Positions 18,542 to 29,368 of a stretch of DNA of 64,000 nucleotides are shown here, piece after piece. The stretch is from Clostridiales bacterium (GTDB taxonomy: Bacteria > Bacillota > Clostridia > TANB77 > SIG350), in contig SVGE01000004.1 in NCBI GenBank assembly GCA_015056545.1, positions 36,721 to 100,720 of the forward strand, read 5' to 3'. Positions within the stretch are counted from its first letter, which is position 1. The number at the start of each line of letters is the position of its first letter. Under the pieces are notes generated by a model. It did not search any database. It saw only the letters and a list, made by a program, of their open reading frames with translations, and was not told where the DNA came from. The position numbers and the translations under genes are program-made.

Positions 18542-20363
18542 ATGATGCTATGCCACACCCTGAGCAGCTCTGTCTACAATTAGGAGTTACTTCGCCCTTT
18601 AAGGCTTTATCTAATTCTTTTTCAAAAAATTTTCTACTAACACCCATATTAATAAATTCCCATGGAAGTATTTCATCAAGTCTTCTTACTCTTTGTGCAT
18701 AAAACTCTTTACTTAAGCCACTTATTTCAAATGCTTTATTCCATTTTTGAATATCGAAATGTTCATCCCAACCATCAAATTTAGCACCTTGTTTCCATGC
18801 TTCATATATTAATTTAGATACTTTTCTATCACCTCTTGCAATAACCGCTTCCATAATACTTACATCTGGGTTATTCCAATTAAATGATACATTTCTATTC
18901 TTAGTAGCATTTTGCAAAAATTCTATTTTTTCTTGTATTAGTTTTTTGTCATTTTGACCAGCCCATTGAAAAGTTGTAAATGGTTTAGGAACAAATGTAG
19001 ATACACTAACTGTTACTTTTACATTTCTGCCTCTTTCATTTTTAGGTATTTTAAAAAACATATCTACAATTTTATTAGCTAAATCTGCTATTCCCTGCAA
19101 ATCTTCAAATGTTTCTGTTGGAAGTCCCATCATAAAATACAATTTAACAACTGTCCAACCTTTTCTAAATGCAATATCACAAGCTTTAAATATTTCCTCT
19201 TCATTAACATTTTTATTAATAACATTTCTAAGTCTTTGAGTACCTGCTTCAGGTGCTAATGTTAAACCAGATTTTCTTACACTATTCATTTTATCTAATA
19301 ATTTATCATCTATTGAATCTATTCTAAGTGATGGAAGTGATAAATTAATCTTCTTCTCTTTTGTCATATCTATAAGGTTGCTAGCTAATTCATGAAATTT
19401 TGTATAATCACTAGTACTTAATGATACAAGTGACATTTCTTCATAACCAGTACTATCTATACTTTCCTTTGCTATTTCAAGCAATCTATCTACACTTTTT
19501 TCTCTAACAGGCCTATATATATATCCTGCTTGACAAAATCTGCAACCACGAATACATCCTCTAAAAATTTCTAACATTGTTCTATCGTGTATAACACTAC
19601 TATATGGAACTATAGTTTTTGTAGGGAAAAACACTTTATCCAAATCTTTAATAATTCTTTTAGTAATATTTATTTTCTCATTATCTTTTCTTTTAAATTC
19701 AGAAATTGTTCCATCTTCATTGTATTTAGTTTCATATAGACATGGTACATATACACCTTGCACTTTGTCTACTTTTTCTAAAAATTCTTTTCTTGTCCCT
19801 TTACCATCTTTCCATTTAGCATATACATCCATTATCTCATTTATTACTTCTTCACCTTCACCTATAACAAAAAAGTCAATAAAATCTGCTAATGGTTCTG
19901 GATTACATGCACATGGCCCACCTGCTATAACAAATGGCATTCCTTCTTCTCTATCTTTTGCATATATTGGAATATTAGCTAAATCAAGCATATTTAATAT
20001 ATTTGTATATGTTAATTCATATTGAAGTGTAAATCCTACAAAATCAAAAGTCTTTATACTGTCTTTTGTCTCTAGTCCATATAATTCAATATTGTTTTTT
20101 CTCATCAAATTTTCCATTTCTATTGAAGGTGCAAATACTCTTTCACAATATGTATCTTCTCTATTATTCAAAAGATAATATAATATTTTCATACCTAAAT
20201 ATGACATACCTATTTCGTATACTTCTGGGAAACAAAAAGCAAACCTGATTTTTACATCATCAGGCTTTTTTATTACTTGATTTAATTCATTTCCAGTATA
20301 TATAATTGGATTTTGCACTGTAAGTAATTGCTTATTTGTTAATTTATTCATTTTCTGCCTCAC
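18516..20363 (-). CDS. B12-binding-domain radical SAM protein (TIGR03960-like)
   Basis: CIRGCRFCQAGY CxxxCxxC motif and an N-terminal B12-binding-like domain. 615 aa. Confidence 0.75.
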   Translation of the reverse strand: MRQKMNKLTNKQLLTVQNPIIYTGNELNQVIKKPDDVKIRFAFCFPEVYEIGMSYLGMKILYYLLNNREDTYCERVFAPSIEMENLMRKNNIELYGLETKDSIKTFDFVGFTLQYELTYTNILNMLDLANIPIYAKDREEGMPFVIAGGPCACNPEPLADFIDFFVIGEGEEVINEIMDVYAKWKDGKGTRKEFLEKVDKVQGVYVPCLYETKYNEDGTISEFKRKDNEKINITKRIIKDLDKVFFPTKTIVPYSSVIHDRTMLEIFRGCIRGCRFCQAGYIYRPVREKSVDRLLEIAKESIDSTGYEEMSLVSLSTSDYTKFHELASNLIDMTKEKKINLSLPSLRIDSIDDKLLDKMNSVRKSGLTLAPEAGTQRLRNVINKNVNEEEIFKACDIAFRKGWTVVKLYFMMGLPTETFEDLQGIADLANKIVDMFFKIPKNERGRNVKVTVSVSTFVPKPFTTFQWAGQNDKKLIQEKIEFLQNATKNRNVSFNWNNPDVSIMEAVIARGDRKVSKLIYEAWKQGAKFDGWDEHFDIQKWNKAFEISGLSKEFYAQRVRRLDEILPWEFINMGVSRKFFEKELDKALKGEVTPNCRQSCSGCGIASFGGGVCFE

Positions 20364-20868
20364 TTATTATTTTTCTTATTTGAGCAACAACTTGTTCTGG
20401 ATTTTCCACATAAGGAATTTTAATTCCTGCACTAATTTCAACATTAGTTTTAATATGAATATTTCCTACATTCATAGCTCTTCCCCATACATGTTGGTCT
20501 GTTGTTACTTCTGTTATATTTTTATATAAAATTTCTTTAGAATTTTTATTAAAGAAATTATCTTCAAATCTTACAAAATCTTTATAGAACTTATATGATA
20601 TTTTTCCTGTATGCATATACATTACAAATGTTCTATATAAATATAATATAGGGATTAAAACAACTGCTATAATTCTTAAAGCACCCATAAACATATTTAC
20701 TAGAGGTTCCATTTCTGGTAAAGTATTAATTCCTATAGCTCCAAATATAAATGTTAGTATAAAAAAAACAACTGCTACACCTAACATCCATATATTCCAT
20801 TTTAAATAATCTATAATTCTTACTTTTGGCTCAATTTTTAATAATACTTGATTTTCCATAATCTTCAC
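20344..20868 (-). CDS. membrane-flanked PH-domain (bPH_2/YdbS-like) protein
   Basis: Two N-terminal TMs followed by a ~100 aa soluble domain. Confidence 0.5.
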   Translation of the reverse strand: MKIMENQVLLKIEPKVRIIDYLKWNIWMLGVAVVFFILTFIFGAIGINTLPEMEPLVNMFMGALRIIAVVLIPILYLYRTFVMYMHTGKISYKFYKDFVRFEDNFFNKNSKEILYKNITEVTTDQHVWGRAMNVGNIHIKTNVEISAGIKIPYVENPEQVVAQIRKIISEAENE

Positions 20869-21089
20869 TCCTTACAAAAATATTATACTATTAATATATA
20901 TTTTTTGCAAGTAGGAAAATATACTGTAACATTCACTTCATATATGTAAATTTTTAAAATATGAGTAAATATTGTAAACAAACAATTTACACGCTCAAAT
21001 TTTAAAAATCCCGACCACCCACCTCAGACATGTAATAAGGTACAGCTCTCACTGTACCTTATTCTCCCATGATAATTTTTTTTACCTGT

Positions 21090-21480
21090 TTAATTATTTT
21101 AAATTTTTCAGATTTCATATACTATTTTTTCTATTTCTACTATTTTACCATTGATTTCATCATTAGTTAGGTTTTCCAGCAAATATCCATATATTTCATT
21201 TACCTTATTTCGTTTTGTTATATATTTGTTTGCTACATTATATATTTCTTCATATTTATTTTTATAATCTTCGTCTATTTCTACATTATATTCATTACTT
21301 CTATCAATTACCCTATAATTTATTTTTTTATCTTCTATTCTACTAATTACCTTATTTAATACTGTTTCTGGTAAAACCTTTAGCTTTTACATTACCTTCA
21401 ATTTTTTTAATCTGCTTAAATTTACATATATGAAATTATCTGACTAGCATCTTTTCCATATACATATATAAATTTAACTC
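21090..21480 (-). pseudogene. decayed paralog of the MutS-domain-I-like small ORF (copy 2)
   Basis: DNA is ~80% similar to 8344-8736, with indels, a missing N-terminal segment and no ORF of at least 60 aa. Confidence 0.6.
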
Positions 21481-21523
21481 CTCTTACCTTTACTACGTCC
21501 GACGCCCCCCACGCGCTTTCGTC

Positions 21524-22747
21524 CTATTTTATTTCCCAGGCTGTTTCTTGTGTATCTCCTCCTGCTTCTTTATCTACTACTTGGATGCTAGAGCTTAGAG
21601 TAACTACAGGGCGCAAACCATACACGCCGTCGTTCTCGCCACCAATCGAAGTGTACAAGTAGTACGCGCCCACGCGGTCGCCGCCCACATTGCGCACATC
21701 GAAGTCCGCAACGTCGTCGTAGAAACGAACATAAGCGCAAGACGAAGACAGCCAGTAGTACTTATCTCTAAATATCATGTCTTTTGCTTTTTCACTCGCT
21801 TCTGTACATTCTGATTTATTATAGTAGTAATATAACTCTAATTCTTCATAATTGTCGGGTTTGCTCCAACCACTTACATCATATTCTTCCTCTGCTATTG
21901 CGTCTCCAAATGTAAACCCTATTTCTTTATTTACTTGATTATACTCTTCGTCATCATAACATGGCTCTGGTTCATATTTTAATACTTCATTTACATCTTC
22001 TACTCTTAAGTTCCTTCCTCCATATACTTCTGCACATATTGCATCTAATGCTCCTGGTCCTTTTGTAAATCCTTCTTCTCCATATAGGTATATATTTTCC
22101 ACTGGGTCTGCACTTACTAATGTTACTGTGCTGCCATTATTTTTTAGTACTCTCCACTTTATTTCTTCGTTATATCCTATTACTTCTTCTCCTTCAGTAT
22201 ATGACCAACTTTCATCTCCATCATTATATATCCAATTTGTTGCTTCTGCTCCCAGTTTTTCGGTTATATTATATGTCTTTCTTTCTCCTTCCGGTATACT
22301 ATATTTTACATAGTCTCCTTCTTCTAATAATCCTATATCTGATGTTTCTCCTTCTCCTATCCCTAATTCTGCTAACCATTCACTATATGGGTCATCAGTT
22401 CTTGTTCCTAATACTATTTCTCCATTACTTATTGCTATTAAATCCTTATATTCTTCTTTAAATTCGGGGATTATTTCTTTGATTTTTTCATATTCTGTTT
22501 CATTATATAATCCGCCTTCTCCATTTCCGGTTGCTAATTCTATTTGTTTTTCTGCATTCTTTACTGCTAGTATTTCTTGATATGTTCTTATATCACTTTT
22601 AAATACCGCTTCTTTTGCCTTCTCTATTATTCCACCTTCCATAAAAGTTACAATAACTGCTGCTGTTAATATTATTAATACAATTATTGTTACTATTAGT
22701 GCAACTAAGCTTATACCTGATGTTCTACTATTTCTTAAATTCTTCAT
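21524..22747 (-). CDS. pilin-like N-terminally anchored protein with C-terminal hypervariable region (putative DGR target), copy 2
   Basis: Paralog of 8927-10195. N-terminal 115 aa and C-terminal 30 aa are conserved. The variable segment 21624-21741 is ~58% GC and encodes DDVADFDVRNVGGDRVGA using NNC codons. Confidence 0.7.
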   Translation of the reverse strand: MKNLRNSRTSGISLVALIVTIIVLIILTAAVIVTFMEGGIIEKAKEAVFKSDIRTYQEILAVKNAEKQIELATGNGEGGLYNETEYEKIKEIIPEFKEEYKDLIAISNGEIVLGTRTDDPYSEWLAELGIGEGETSDIGLLEEGDYVKYSIPEGERKTYNITEKLGAEATNWIYNDGDESWSYTEGEEVIGYNEEIKWRVLKNNGSTVTLVSADPVENIYLYGEEGFTKGPGALDAICAEVYGGRNLRVEDVNEVLKYEPEPCYDDEEYNQVNKEIGFTFGDAIAEEEYDVSGWSKPDNYEELELYYYYNKSECTEASEKAKDMIFRDKYYWLSSSCAYVRFYDDVADFDVRNVGGDRVGAYYLYTSIGGENDGVYGLRPVVTLSSSIQVVDKEAGGDTQETAWEIK

Positions 22748-23020
22748 AATTTTTTCCTCCTTTGAATTTTAAATTTGTTATTACACAATTTTATTGTGTA
22801 ACACTTTTGGTTTAATTTCAACTGTTTTGTTGTAGTTTTTTTATTTTTCTTTTTACTACCTCCTTCCTCGGCTCTTTATTTTATTATTGCCAAAATATAT
22901 TTTTATATAATTGGGCAAAACAAAAGAACCTAAGACTACATTACGTTTTCTCGTAATATATTCTTAAGTTCTCTATATTTTTTGGCATGTCAATTAAAGA
23001 TGTCCTTATTCTATAGAACA

Positions 23021-23028
23021 CCCCCCCC
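23021..23028. repeat. homopolymeric C8 tract upstream of the copy-2 target gene
   Basis: Counted directly. The paralogous tract in copy 1 is C10. Confidence 0.8.
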
Positions 23029-23233
23029 TAGTATTTAGCACTTTCTGGCACTTTACTCTGGTTTTATTTGACATTTTCTTACACCTACTTTCTTGTTTGT
23101 AATATATCATAGGCATTTCATCTTTTCAATAGTTTAAATACAAATATATCTTTTATTTATCATATTTTTTCTTTACTATATGAATTATTCATGTTAAAAT
23201 TTTCTTGATAGAAAATATAAAGGAGGAAACTTT

Positions 23234-23893
23234 ATGAATATAAATATACTAAATGATTTATCTTATGGAATGTATATTATTTCTACTAAATATATGAATA
23301 AAAATGTTGGTTGTTTTGTTAATACTGTTAGTCAAATAACTTCTGAAAACCCAATAATATCTGTAAGCATAAATAAAAGCAACTATACTAATGAAGCTTT
23401 AAATATTGGGAATAAATTTGCTATATCTATATTATCTGAAAAAACAGATTCTCAATTAATTGGTAAATTTGGATTTTTTTCTTCAAAAGATACGGATAAA
23501 TTTGATGGAATTGAATATTCAGAAATTTGTGGCATTCCTGTTGTAACAAATAATATATGTGGATATTTAATTTGTGAAGTTATTAATATAATTGACTGTG
23601 AAACACATAATATAGTATTAGCAAGAGTTATTGATGGAGAGAAATTAACAGATAATATACCAATGACATATAAATATTATCATGAAGTTATAAAAGGAAA
23701 AGTTCCAAAAACTGCTCCTACATATAAAAAAGAAAAAGTGGAGGTGAAAAATATGGGTAAATATGTTTGCAAAATTTGTGGTTATGTTTATGATAACTCA
23801 AAAGAAGAAATAAAATTTGAAGATTTACCAGATAGCTGGGTATGTCCATTATGTGGTGTTCCAAAAAACATGTTTGAAAAAGTTGAAGAATAA
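23234..23893 (+). CDS. flavin reductase-like domain fused to C-terminal rubredoxin (high-molecular-weight rubredoxin)
   Basis: AAGGAGG RBS. N-terminal FMN-binding split-barrel-like region. C-terminal CKICGYVYD...[10 protein letters not shown] rubredoxin motif. Confidence 0.7.
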   Translation: MNINILNDLSYGMYIISTKYMNKNVGCFVNTVSQITSENPIISVSINKSNYTNEALNIGNKFAISILSEKTDSQLIGKFGFFSSKDTDKFDGIEYSEICGIPVVTNNICGYLICEVINIIDCETHNIVLARVIDGEKLTDNIPMTYKYYHEVIKGKVPKTAPTYKKEKVEVKNMGKYVCKICGYVYDNSKEEIKFEDLPDSWVCPLCGVPKNMFEKVEE

Positions 23894-23933
23894 TTTTGTT
23901 TTTTTAATTTTCTAGATGGGAAGTTACTCCCAT

Positions 23934-24131
23934 CTATTTTTTCATTAAATTTTGTATCCCACAATATATTTTTCCAATATCACAAGCCTTAGATATCCCA
24001 TTTAACATACATCCTGTTTGATATAACCTACAATATATTTTATTAATTTTAAATTCTAAATTATTTAATTTATTACAATTATAGCAATTTTTTAGATAAT
24101 ATTTTTTATAATATTTACAATTTCTATTCAC
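23934..24131 (-). CDS. small Cys-rich hypothetical protein
   Basis: 65 aa ORF with 8 Cys and no RBS checked. It could be spurious. Confidence 0.25.
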   Translation of the reverse strand: MNRNCKYYKKYYLKNCYNCNKLNNLEFKINKIYCRLYQTGCMLNGISKACDIGKIYCGIQNLMKK

Positions 24132-24183
24132 AAAATCATCTCCTTATGATATATTATGTAAAATAGAATTTATAGGTGAGAAC

Positions 24184-24912
24184 ATGAAAAATAGAATAGA
24201 TGACTTAGAAATTAATAATTTAAAAATTAAACAAAATACTGATTACTTTTGTTTTGGTATTGATGCTGTATTACTTTCAGATTTTGCTAAAGAAATTAAA
24301 AATAATAGTATTGTTTTAGATATTGGAACAGGTAATGGAATTTTACCTTTACTTTTATCTGCTAAAACTAAAGCAAAAAAAATATATGGTTTAGAGATTC
24401 AAAAAGAATTATATTCTCTAGCTACTGAAAATATTACTATGAATAATTTAAATGAATTAATTGAAATAGTAAATGGAGATATTAAAAATGCTAAACAAAT
24501 TTTTTCTGAAAATATGTTTGACACAATAGTTACAAATCCACCATATAAAAAAATAGGAAGTGGTATAGTAAATGATAATGAATTTGTAAAAATAGCTAAA
24601 CATGAAATATTATGTACTTTAGAAGATATTATTAAAAATGCTAGCTTTGTACTTAAAAACAATGGTAATATTTTTATGGTTCATAGACCAGATAGACTAG
24701 TAGATATACTTTGCCTAATGCGACAATATCATATTGAACCCAAAAATATTAGATTTGTACATTCTAAAATAGGAAGTGAACCTGTTTTAGTTTTAATAAA
24801 AGGAATTAAAAATGCAAAACCATTTTTGAAAATAGATAAACCATTATATATTTATGAGAATAATGGAGAATATACTGACGAAATATATGAAATTTATGGA
24901 AAGGAAAAATAA
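24184..24912 (+). CDS. N6-adenine methyltransferase, TrmN6/YfiC-like (tRNA m6A37)
   Basis: NPPY motif (VTNPPYKK) and SAM-binding LDIGTGNG. Sits upstream of rsmI as in the Bacillus yabB-yabC arrangement. Confidence 0.7.
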   Translation: MKNRIDDLEINNLKIKQNTDYFCFGIDAVLLSDFAKEIKNNSIVLDIGTGNGILPLLLSAKTKAKKIYGLEIQKELYSLATENITMNNLNELIEIVNGDIKNAKQIFSENMFDTIVTNPPYKKIGSGIVNDNEFVKIAKHEILCTLEDIIKNASFVLKNNGNIFMVHRPDRLVDILCLMRQYHIEPKNIRFVHSKIGSEPVLVLIKGIKNAKPFLKIDKPLYIYENNGEYTDEIYEIYGKEK

Positions 24913-24918
24913 AATATT

Positions 24919-25767
24919 ATGAAGAAAGGTAAATTATATATTATAGCTACACCAATTGGGAACTTAGATGATATCTCTTTTAGAGCTATTGAAACTTTAA
25001 AAACTGTAGACCTAATTATTGCTGAAGATACTAGACATACATTAAAATTGCTAAATCATTTTAATATTCAAAAATCTTTATCTAGTTATCATAAATTTAA
25101 TGAACAAACTAAATCTGAAAATATAATAAATAAGCTATTGAATGGATTAAATATTGGACTAGTTTCAGATGCTGGAACCCCAGGAATATGTGACCCAGGA
25201 AATATAATTATTAATGAATGTATAAAAAATAATATTGATGTAATCCCAGTTCCAGGCGCTTGTGCTTTTCTGCAAGCTTTAATTTGTTCTGGTTTTACTA
25301 CAAATAATTTTTCTTTTTTTGGTTTTTTATCTGTAAATAAAAAGGAAAGAAAAAAACAACTTGAGAACATGTCTAATTCAACAACTGACTTAAGTATAAT
25401 ATATGAGGCACCTCATAAGTTATTGACGACTTTGCAAGATTTATTAGAAGTTTTAGGAGATAGAAATATTTGTATAAGTAAAGAAATTACAAAAATTCAT
25501 GAAACACACTATAGAGATACATTATCTAATTCAATTAATTATTTTTCTGAAAATACTCCTAAAGGTGAATATGTTATAATAATTGAAAACTGTAAAAAAA
25601 ATGATATTATATATTCTATGGATAGTAAAGAAACATTAGAGTTATTAAAAGATTTTTATATACTTAATAAAGACTTGAATTCATTAAAAGATATATCTAA
25701 ACTTTTAGCAGATAAATATAATTTATCTAAAAAAGAGATTTATAATTACTTATTAAAAATTAAATAA
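24919..25767 (+). CDS. rsmI: 16S rRNA (cytidine1402-2'-O)-methyltransferase
   Basis: N-terminus LYIIATPIGNLDDISFRAIETLK...AEDTRHT, typical of RsmI. Confidence 0.85.
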   Translation: MKKGKLYIIATPIGNLDDISFRAIETLKTVDLIIAEDTRHTLKLLNHFNIQKSLSSYHKFNEQTKSENIINKLLNGLNIGLVSDAGTPGICDPGNIIINECIKNNIDVIPVPGACAFLQALICSGFTTNNFSFFGFLSVNKKERKKQLENMSNSTTDLSIIYEAPHKLLTTLQDLLEVLGDRNICISKEITKIHETHYRDTLSNSINYFSENTPKGEYVIIIENCKKNDIIYSMDSKETLELLKDFYILNKDLNSLKDISKLLADKYNLSKKEIYNYLLKIK

Positions 25768-25818
25768 TCAAAAAAATAAAAGAAATGAAGTTATGAAAAA
25801 CTTCATTTCTTTTTGCTA

Positions 25819-26058
25819 TTATTTATTTAATGCTTTAATACATTTTGGACAAACATTTTTTCCTTTATATCTTCTAATATCTTTACTTTGTCCACAGAAA
25901 ATACAGCTATCACTGTATTTTTTTAATACAATAGAATCATTTTCTACATAGATTTCGATTGGATCTTTTTCTTCAATATTTAATACCCTTCTTAATTCTA
26001 TTGGAATAACTATTCTTCCTAATTCGTCTATCTTTCTTACTACTCCTGTTGATTTCAT
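25819..26058 (-). CDS. abrB: AbrB/SpoVT-family transition-state regulator with C-terminal Cys4 extension
   Basis: MKSTGVVRKIDELGRIVIPIELRR swapped-hairpin N-domain. C-terminus CIFCGQ...CPKC. Confidence 0.8.
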   Translation of the reverse strand: MKSTGVVRKIDELGRIVIPIELRRVLNIEEKDPIEIYVENDSIVLKKYSDSCIFCGQSKDIRRYKGKNVCPKCIKALNK

Positions 26059-26187
26059 AAAACAACCCTCCTAAAATAAATTTTACAAATATATAATACT
26101 ATAATACGTTTAAGTTTTCAACATATTTTTACATTTTTTTACGTAAAATTACATTTTTAGTTTTAGAGTATAATTAGTACTTTGAAT

Positions 26188-27252
26188 TTATTCACCAGAC
26201 TGTAATTTCAAAGCCATATCTTGTGTATTTAAAGCATCTATCATTTCATCTAAATCACCATTTAAAAAGTTTTCCATTTGATAAATACTTAAATTAATTC
26301 TATGGTCAGTTATTCTACCTTGTGGGAAATTATATGTTCTAATTTTTTCACTTCTATCTCCACTACCTACTTGTGTTTTTCTATCTTGTGCTACTTGTGC
26401 TGTTTGTTCTTGTACTTTTTGTTCATATAGTTTTGCTCTCAACATTTTTAAAGCAGTTTCTTTATTTTGAAGTTGTGATCTTTCATTTTGACATTCAACA
26501 ACTAATCCTGTTGGAAGATATGTTATTCTAATAGCTGATTCTGTTTTGTTAACATGTTGCCCACCTGCACCTGATGCTCTAAATGTATCAATTCTCATAT
26601 CTTCATTTCTAATTTCAAAATCTATATCTACATCATCAAGTTCTGGAAGCACTGCTACTGTAACTGTTGATGTATGTATCCTTCCACTTGATTCTGTATC
26701 AGGTACTCTTTGAACTCTATGTACGCCACTTTCGAATTTAAGTTTACTGTATGCACCTTTACCACTAATTAAAAATGATACTTCTTTTATTCCACCTATT
26801 CCAGTTTCATTTATATTTAATATTTCAACTTTCCATCTTTTTCTTTCAGCAAACATTGAATACATTCTAAATAAATCGTGTGCAAATAATGCAGCTTCAT
26901 CACCACCAGCACCACCACGTATTTCAATAATAACATTTTTATCATCATTTGGATCTTTTGGAAGAAGTAATATTTTTAATTCTTCTTCTATTTGTGGAAG
27001 TTTTGATTTATTTTCATCAAGCTCCATTTGTGCAAGTTCAGCTAATTCTGGATCATTTAACATTTGTTTAGCCTCTTCAATATTATTTTTTGTTTGTTTA
27101 TATTCTCTATATTTATTTACAACATCAGTTATATCTGAATGTTCTTTCATGTATTTTCTCCATACTTCATTATTAGCAATTACTTCTGGATCACTTATTT
27201 GCTCATTTAAGAATTCATATCTTTTTTCAACTTCATCTAATTTTTGAAACAT
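26188..27252 (-). CDS. prfA: peptide chain release factor 1
   Basis: GGQ motif ([14 protein letters not shown]) and PxT-type tripeptide region (RVPDTE), which marks RF1 rather than the RF2 SPF motif. Confidence 0.85.
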   Translation of the reverse strand: MFQKLDEVEKRYEFLNEQISDPEVIANNEVWRKYMKEHSDITDVVNKYREYKQTKNNIEEAKQMLNDPELAELAQMELDENKSKLPQIEEELKILLLPKDPNDDKNVIIEIRGGAGGDEAALFAHDLFRMYSMFAERKRWKVEILNINETGIGGIKEVSFLISGKGAYSKLKFESGVHRVQRVPDTESSGRIHTSTVTVAVLPELDDVDIDFEIRNEDMRIDTFRASGAGGQHVNKTESAIRITYLPTGLVVECQNERSQLQNKETALKMLRAKLYEQKVQEQTAQVAQDRKTQVGSGDRSEKIRTYNFPQGRITDHRINLSIYQMENFLNGDLDEMIDALNTQDMALKLQSGE

Positions 27253-27262
27253 ATTTTCACTC

Positions 27263-28018
27263 CTATTCTTCTATATATTCAAATTTTATATTTGAAACAT
27301 CCACATTTTCATTTAAACCAAAACCACCTGTTATATCAGCACATGGTAGTACTAAACTAACTTTTGCAACATACTTGTTATTTGCTTCTGTTATAATTAC
27401 TATATCAAAAGATTCTGTAAATACAATTTCATTTGCATCTATTTGTGCTATATTTATAAGTGTCCCATCAAATTTAACTTCTTCATCAGATATTTCAATA
27501 TTTTTAATATTATTATTAACTACTGAAAAACATATTTGCCCATTATTTTTATTTACTTGTTTTTTATATGGACTAGCATCTTTCTCTACTACTTCAAAGT
27601 TTAACTTATTTTCAAATCTATATGTATCATTAAATTCAAATAATTTGTTTTCATCATCAGATAATTTATACATACTAATTGAACTACCTAATATTGGTCC
27701 TTGTGAATTAGTAAAATTTTCAACATATATTTCTTTTATTCTTGAATTTTTTTTACTAATTTTTTCACTATCTTGAACACCTGCAAATTCAATGTATATA
27801 TCATTATTTTGATATATATTTAAATTCCATTTTTTTGAAGGCTCACTATTATTTGAATTAGCATTAGCGTTTGAAGTTATAGTAATATTAGTTATTTGAA
27901 ATGGAATAATTTCAGTTTCATTATTTCCAGATATTATAGCTATAACTATCATTATCAAAATAACTAATATAACAATTGCTATTTCTTTTTTTCTTTTTAA
28001 GATTTCTTTAATTTCCAT
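27263..28018 (-). CDS. hypothetical N-terminally anchored protein
   Basis: N-terminal TM then a ~220 aa domain with no recognisable motif. Confidence 0.45.
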   Translation of the reverse strand: MEIKEILKRKKEIAIVILVILIMIVIAIISGNNETEIIPFQITNITITSNANANSNNSEPSKKWNLNIYQNNDIYIEFAGVQDSEKISKKNSRIKEIYVENFTNSQGPILGSSISMYKLSDDENKLFEFNDTYRFENKLNFEVVEKDASPYKKQVNKNNGQICFSVVNNNIKNIEISDEEVKFDGTLINIAQIDANEIVFTESFDIVIITEANNKYVAKVSLVLPCADITGGFGLNENVDVSNIKFEYIEE

Positions 28019-28150
28019 AAAAATTCCTTTCTGTTAAATCAATTAAATTGCTTATCTTTATTATTTTGCTATAATATATTACTATATTTTCTCATTTTTT
28101 TCAATACTTAAAGTAAAACTAGCTTTTGCTTTTTCAAATTCATTTAAATT

Positions 28151-29110
28151 TTATATCAATTCAAAATCTATTAATTTAATTTTATTTGAAATATATTTAT
28201 CATTTTCTTCTATTGGTTCAGAAAGTTTTGTTGATAAATATTTTTTATTATCATCTGGAAAAACAGTTCCAACTTTAATATTATCTTTGTTTATTAATAC
28301 ACTTGCTAAAAAATTAGCCCCACTTGAAATACCTACACCTATACCTAATTCTTTTGCTATTTTTTTTGACATATTTATTGCATCTTTATCATCTATCAAT
28401 ACAATATCATCTATAATATTTCTATTAACTATACTAGGAACAAAATCATCTCCTATTCCTTCTATCATATGCTCACCCTCGCTCATCCCCATTTTAAGTA
28501 TAGATAGTGTACTTGGTTCTAATGCATATATTTTTACATTGTTATTATTATCTTTTAATTTTTTAGCAATTCCCATTAATGTTCCACCTGTACCAATGCC
28601 TGATACAAATGCTTCTATATCTGGCACACTTTCTAATATTTCCTTACCAGTAGTCTCATAATGTGTTTCAATATTTAAAATATTATCGAACTGTTTAGGT
28701 CTATATGCATTTATCTCTTTTGCAAATTCATCAGCTAGTTTAAGAGCTTTTTTAAATCCACCTTCTTGCTTTGATACTAAATGAACTTTTGCTCCATACA
28801 TTTCAATTATTTTTCTTCTTTCAATACTTACCCAATCTGGCATAAATATATGAACTTCATGACCATAAAATGCTCCTATTGCACTAAATGCTATTCCAGT
28901 ATTACCACTAGTTACTTCTACTATTGGTTGTTTATCTTTTAAATTTCCATTTTCTTTTTCCTTTTTAATTATATATAAAGCTAATCTATCTTTTATACTT
29001 CCTGTGAAGTTATATGCTTCAAGTTTTGTATATACACTTTTTTTCTTTCCTATATATTCATAATTAATTTTTATCATTGGTGTATTTCCAATTAATTTTT
29101 CAATATTCAT
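28151..29110 (-). CDS. cysK: cysteine synthase / PLP-dependent CysK-CysM family enzyme
   Basis: PLP-lysine region (FTGSIKDR) and TSGNTGIAFSAIGA glycine loop. Confidence 0.75.
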   Translation of the reverse strand: MNIEKLIGNTPMIKINYEYIGKKKSVYTKLEAYNFTGSIKDRLALYIIKKEKENGNLKDKQPIVEVTSGNTGIAFSAIGAFYGHEVHIFMPDWVSIERRKIIEMYGAKVHLVSKQEGGFKKALKLADEFAKEINAYRPKQFDNILNIETHYETTGKEILESVPDIEAFVSGIGTGGTLMGIAKKLKDNNNNVKIYALEPSTLSILKMGMSEGEHMIEGIGDDFVPSIVNRNIIDDIVLIDDKDAINMSKKIAKELGIGVGISSGANFLASVLINKDNIKVGTVFPDDNKKYLSTKLSEPIEENDKYISNKIKLIDFELI

Positions 29111-29164
29111 ATTAATTCCCCCTATCTTAAATTATTCCTTTTAATATTTTTGGTTACAAAAAAG

Positions 29165-29210
29165 ATAACTATACCTTGCTCTGTATAGTTATCTTAAAAA
29201 TATCTATCTC
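29165..29210 (-). terminator. intrinsic terminator-like hairpin inside the cysK-family 5' leader / downstream of the Uma2 genes
   Basis: agataactata-ccttgctctg-tatagttatct 11-bp stem followed by T6 on the minus strand, ~70 nt upstream of the cysK start. Alternative hairpins lie further upstream (29215-29290). Confidence 0.6.
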
Positions 29211-29368
29211 AGATGCAAGCAAACATACACTTGCATCAATTATGCAAGTGCTATTATTTGCAACAGCATCTTTTATTTAATTTACTAATTATATTTTTAT
29301 TCATAATTATCACTTCCATAATTAGTATATTATTTTTATTTAAAATGGTCAATAGTTTTAGTATAATT

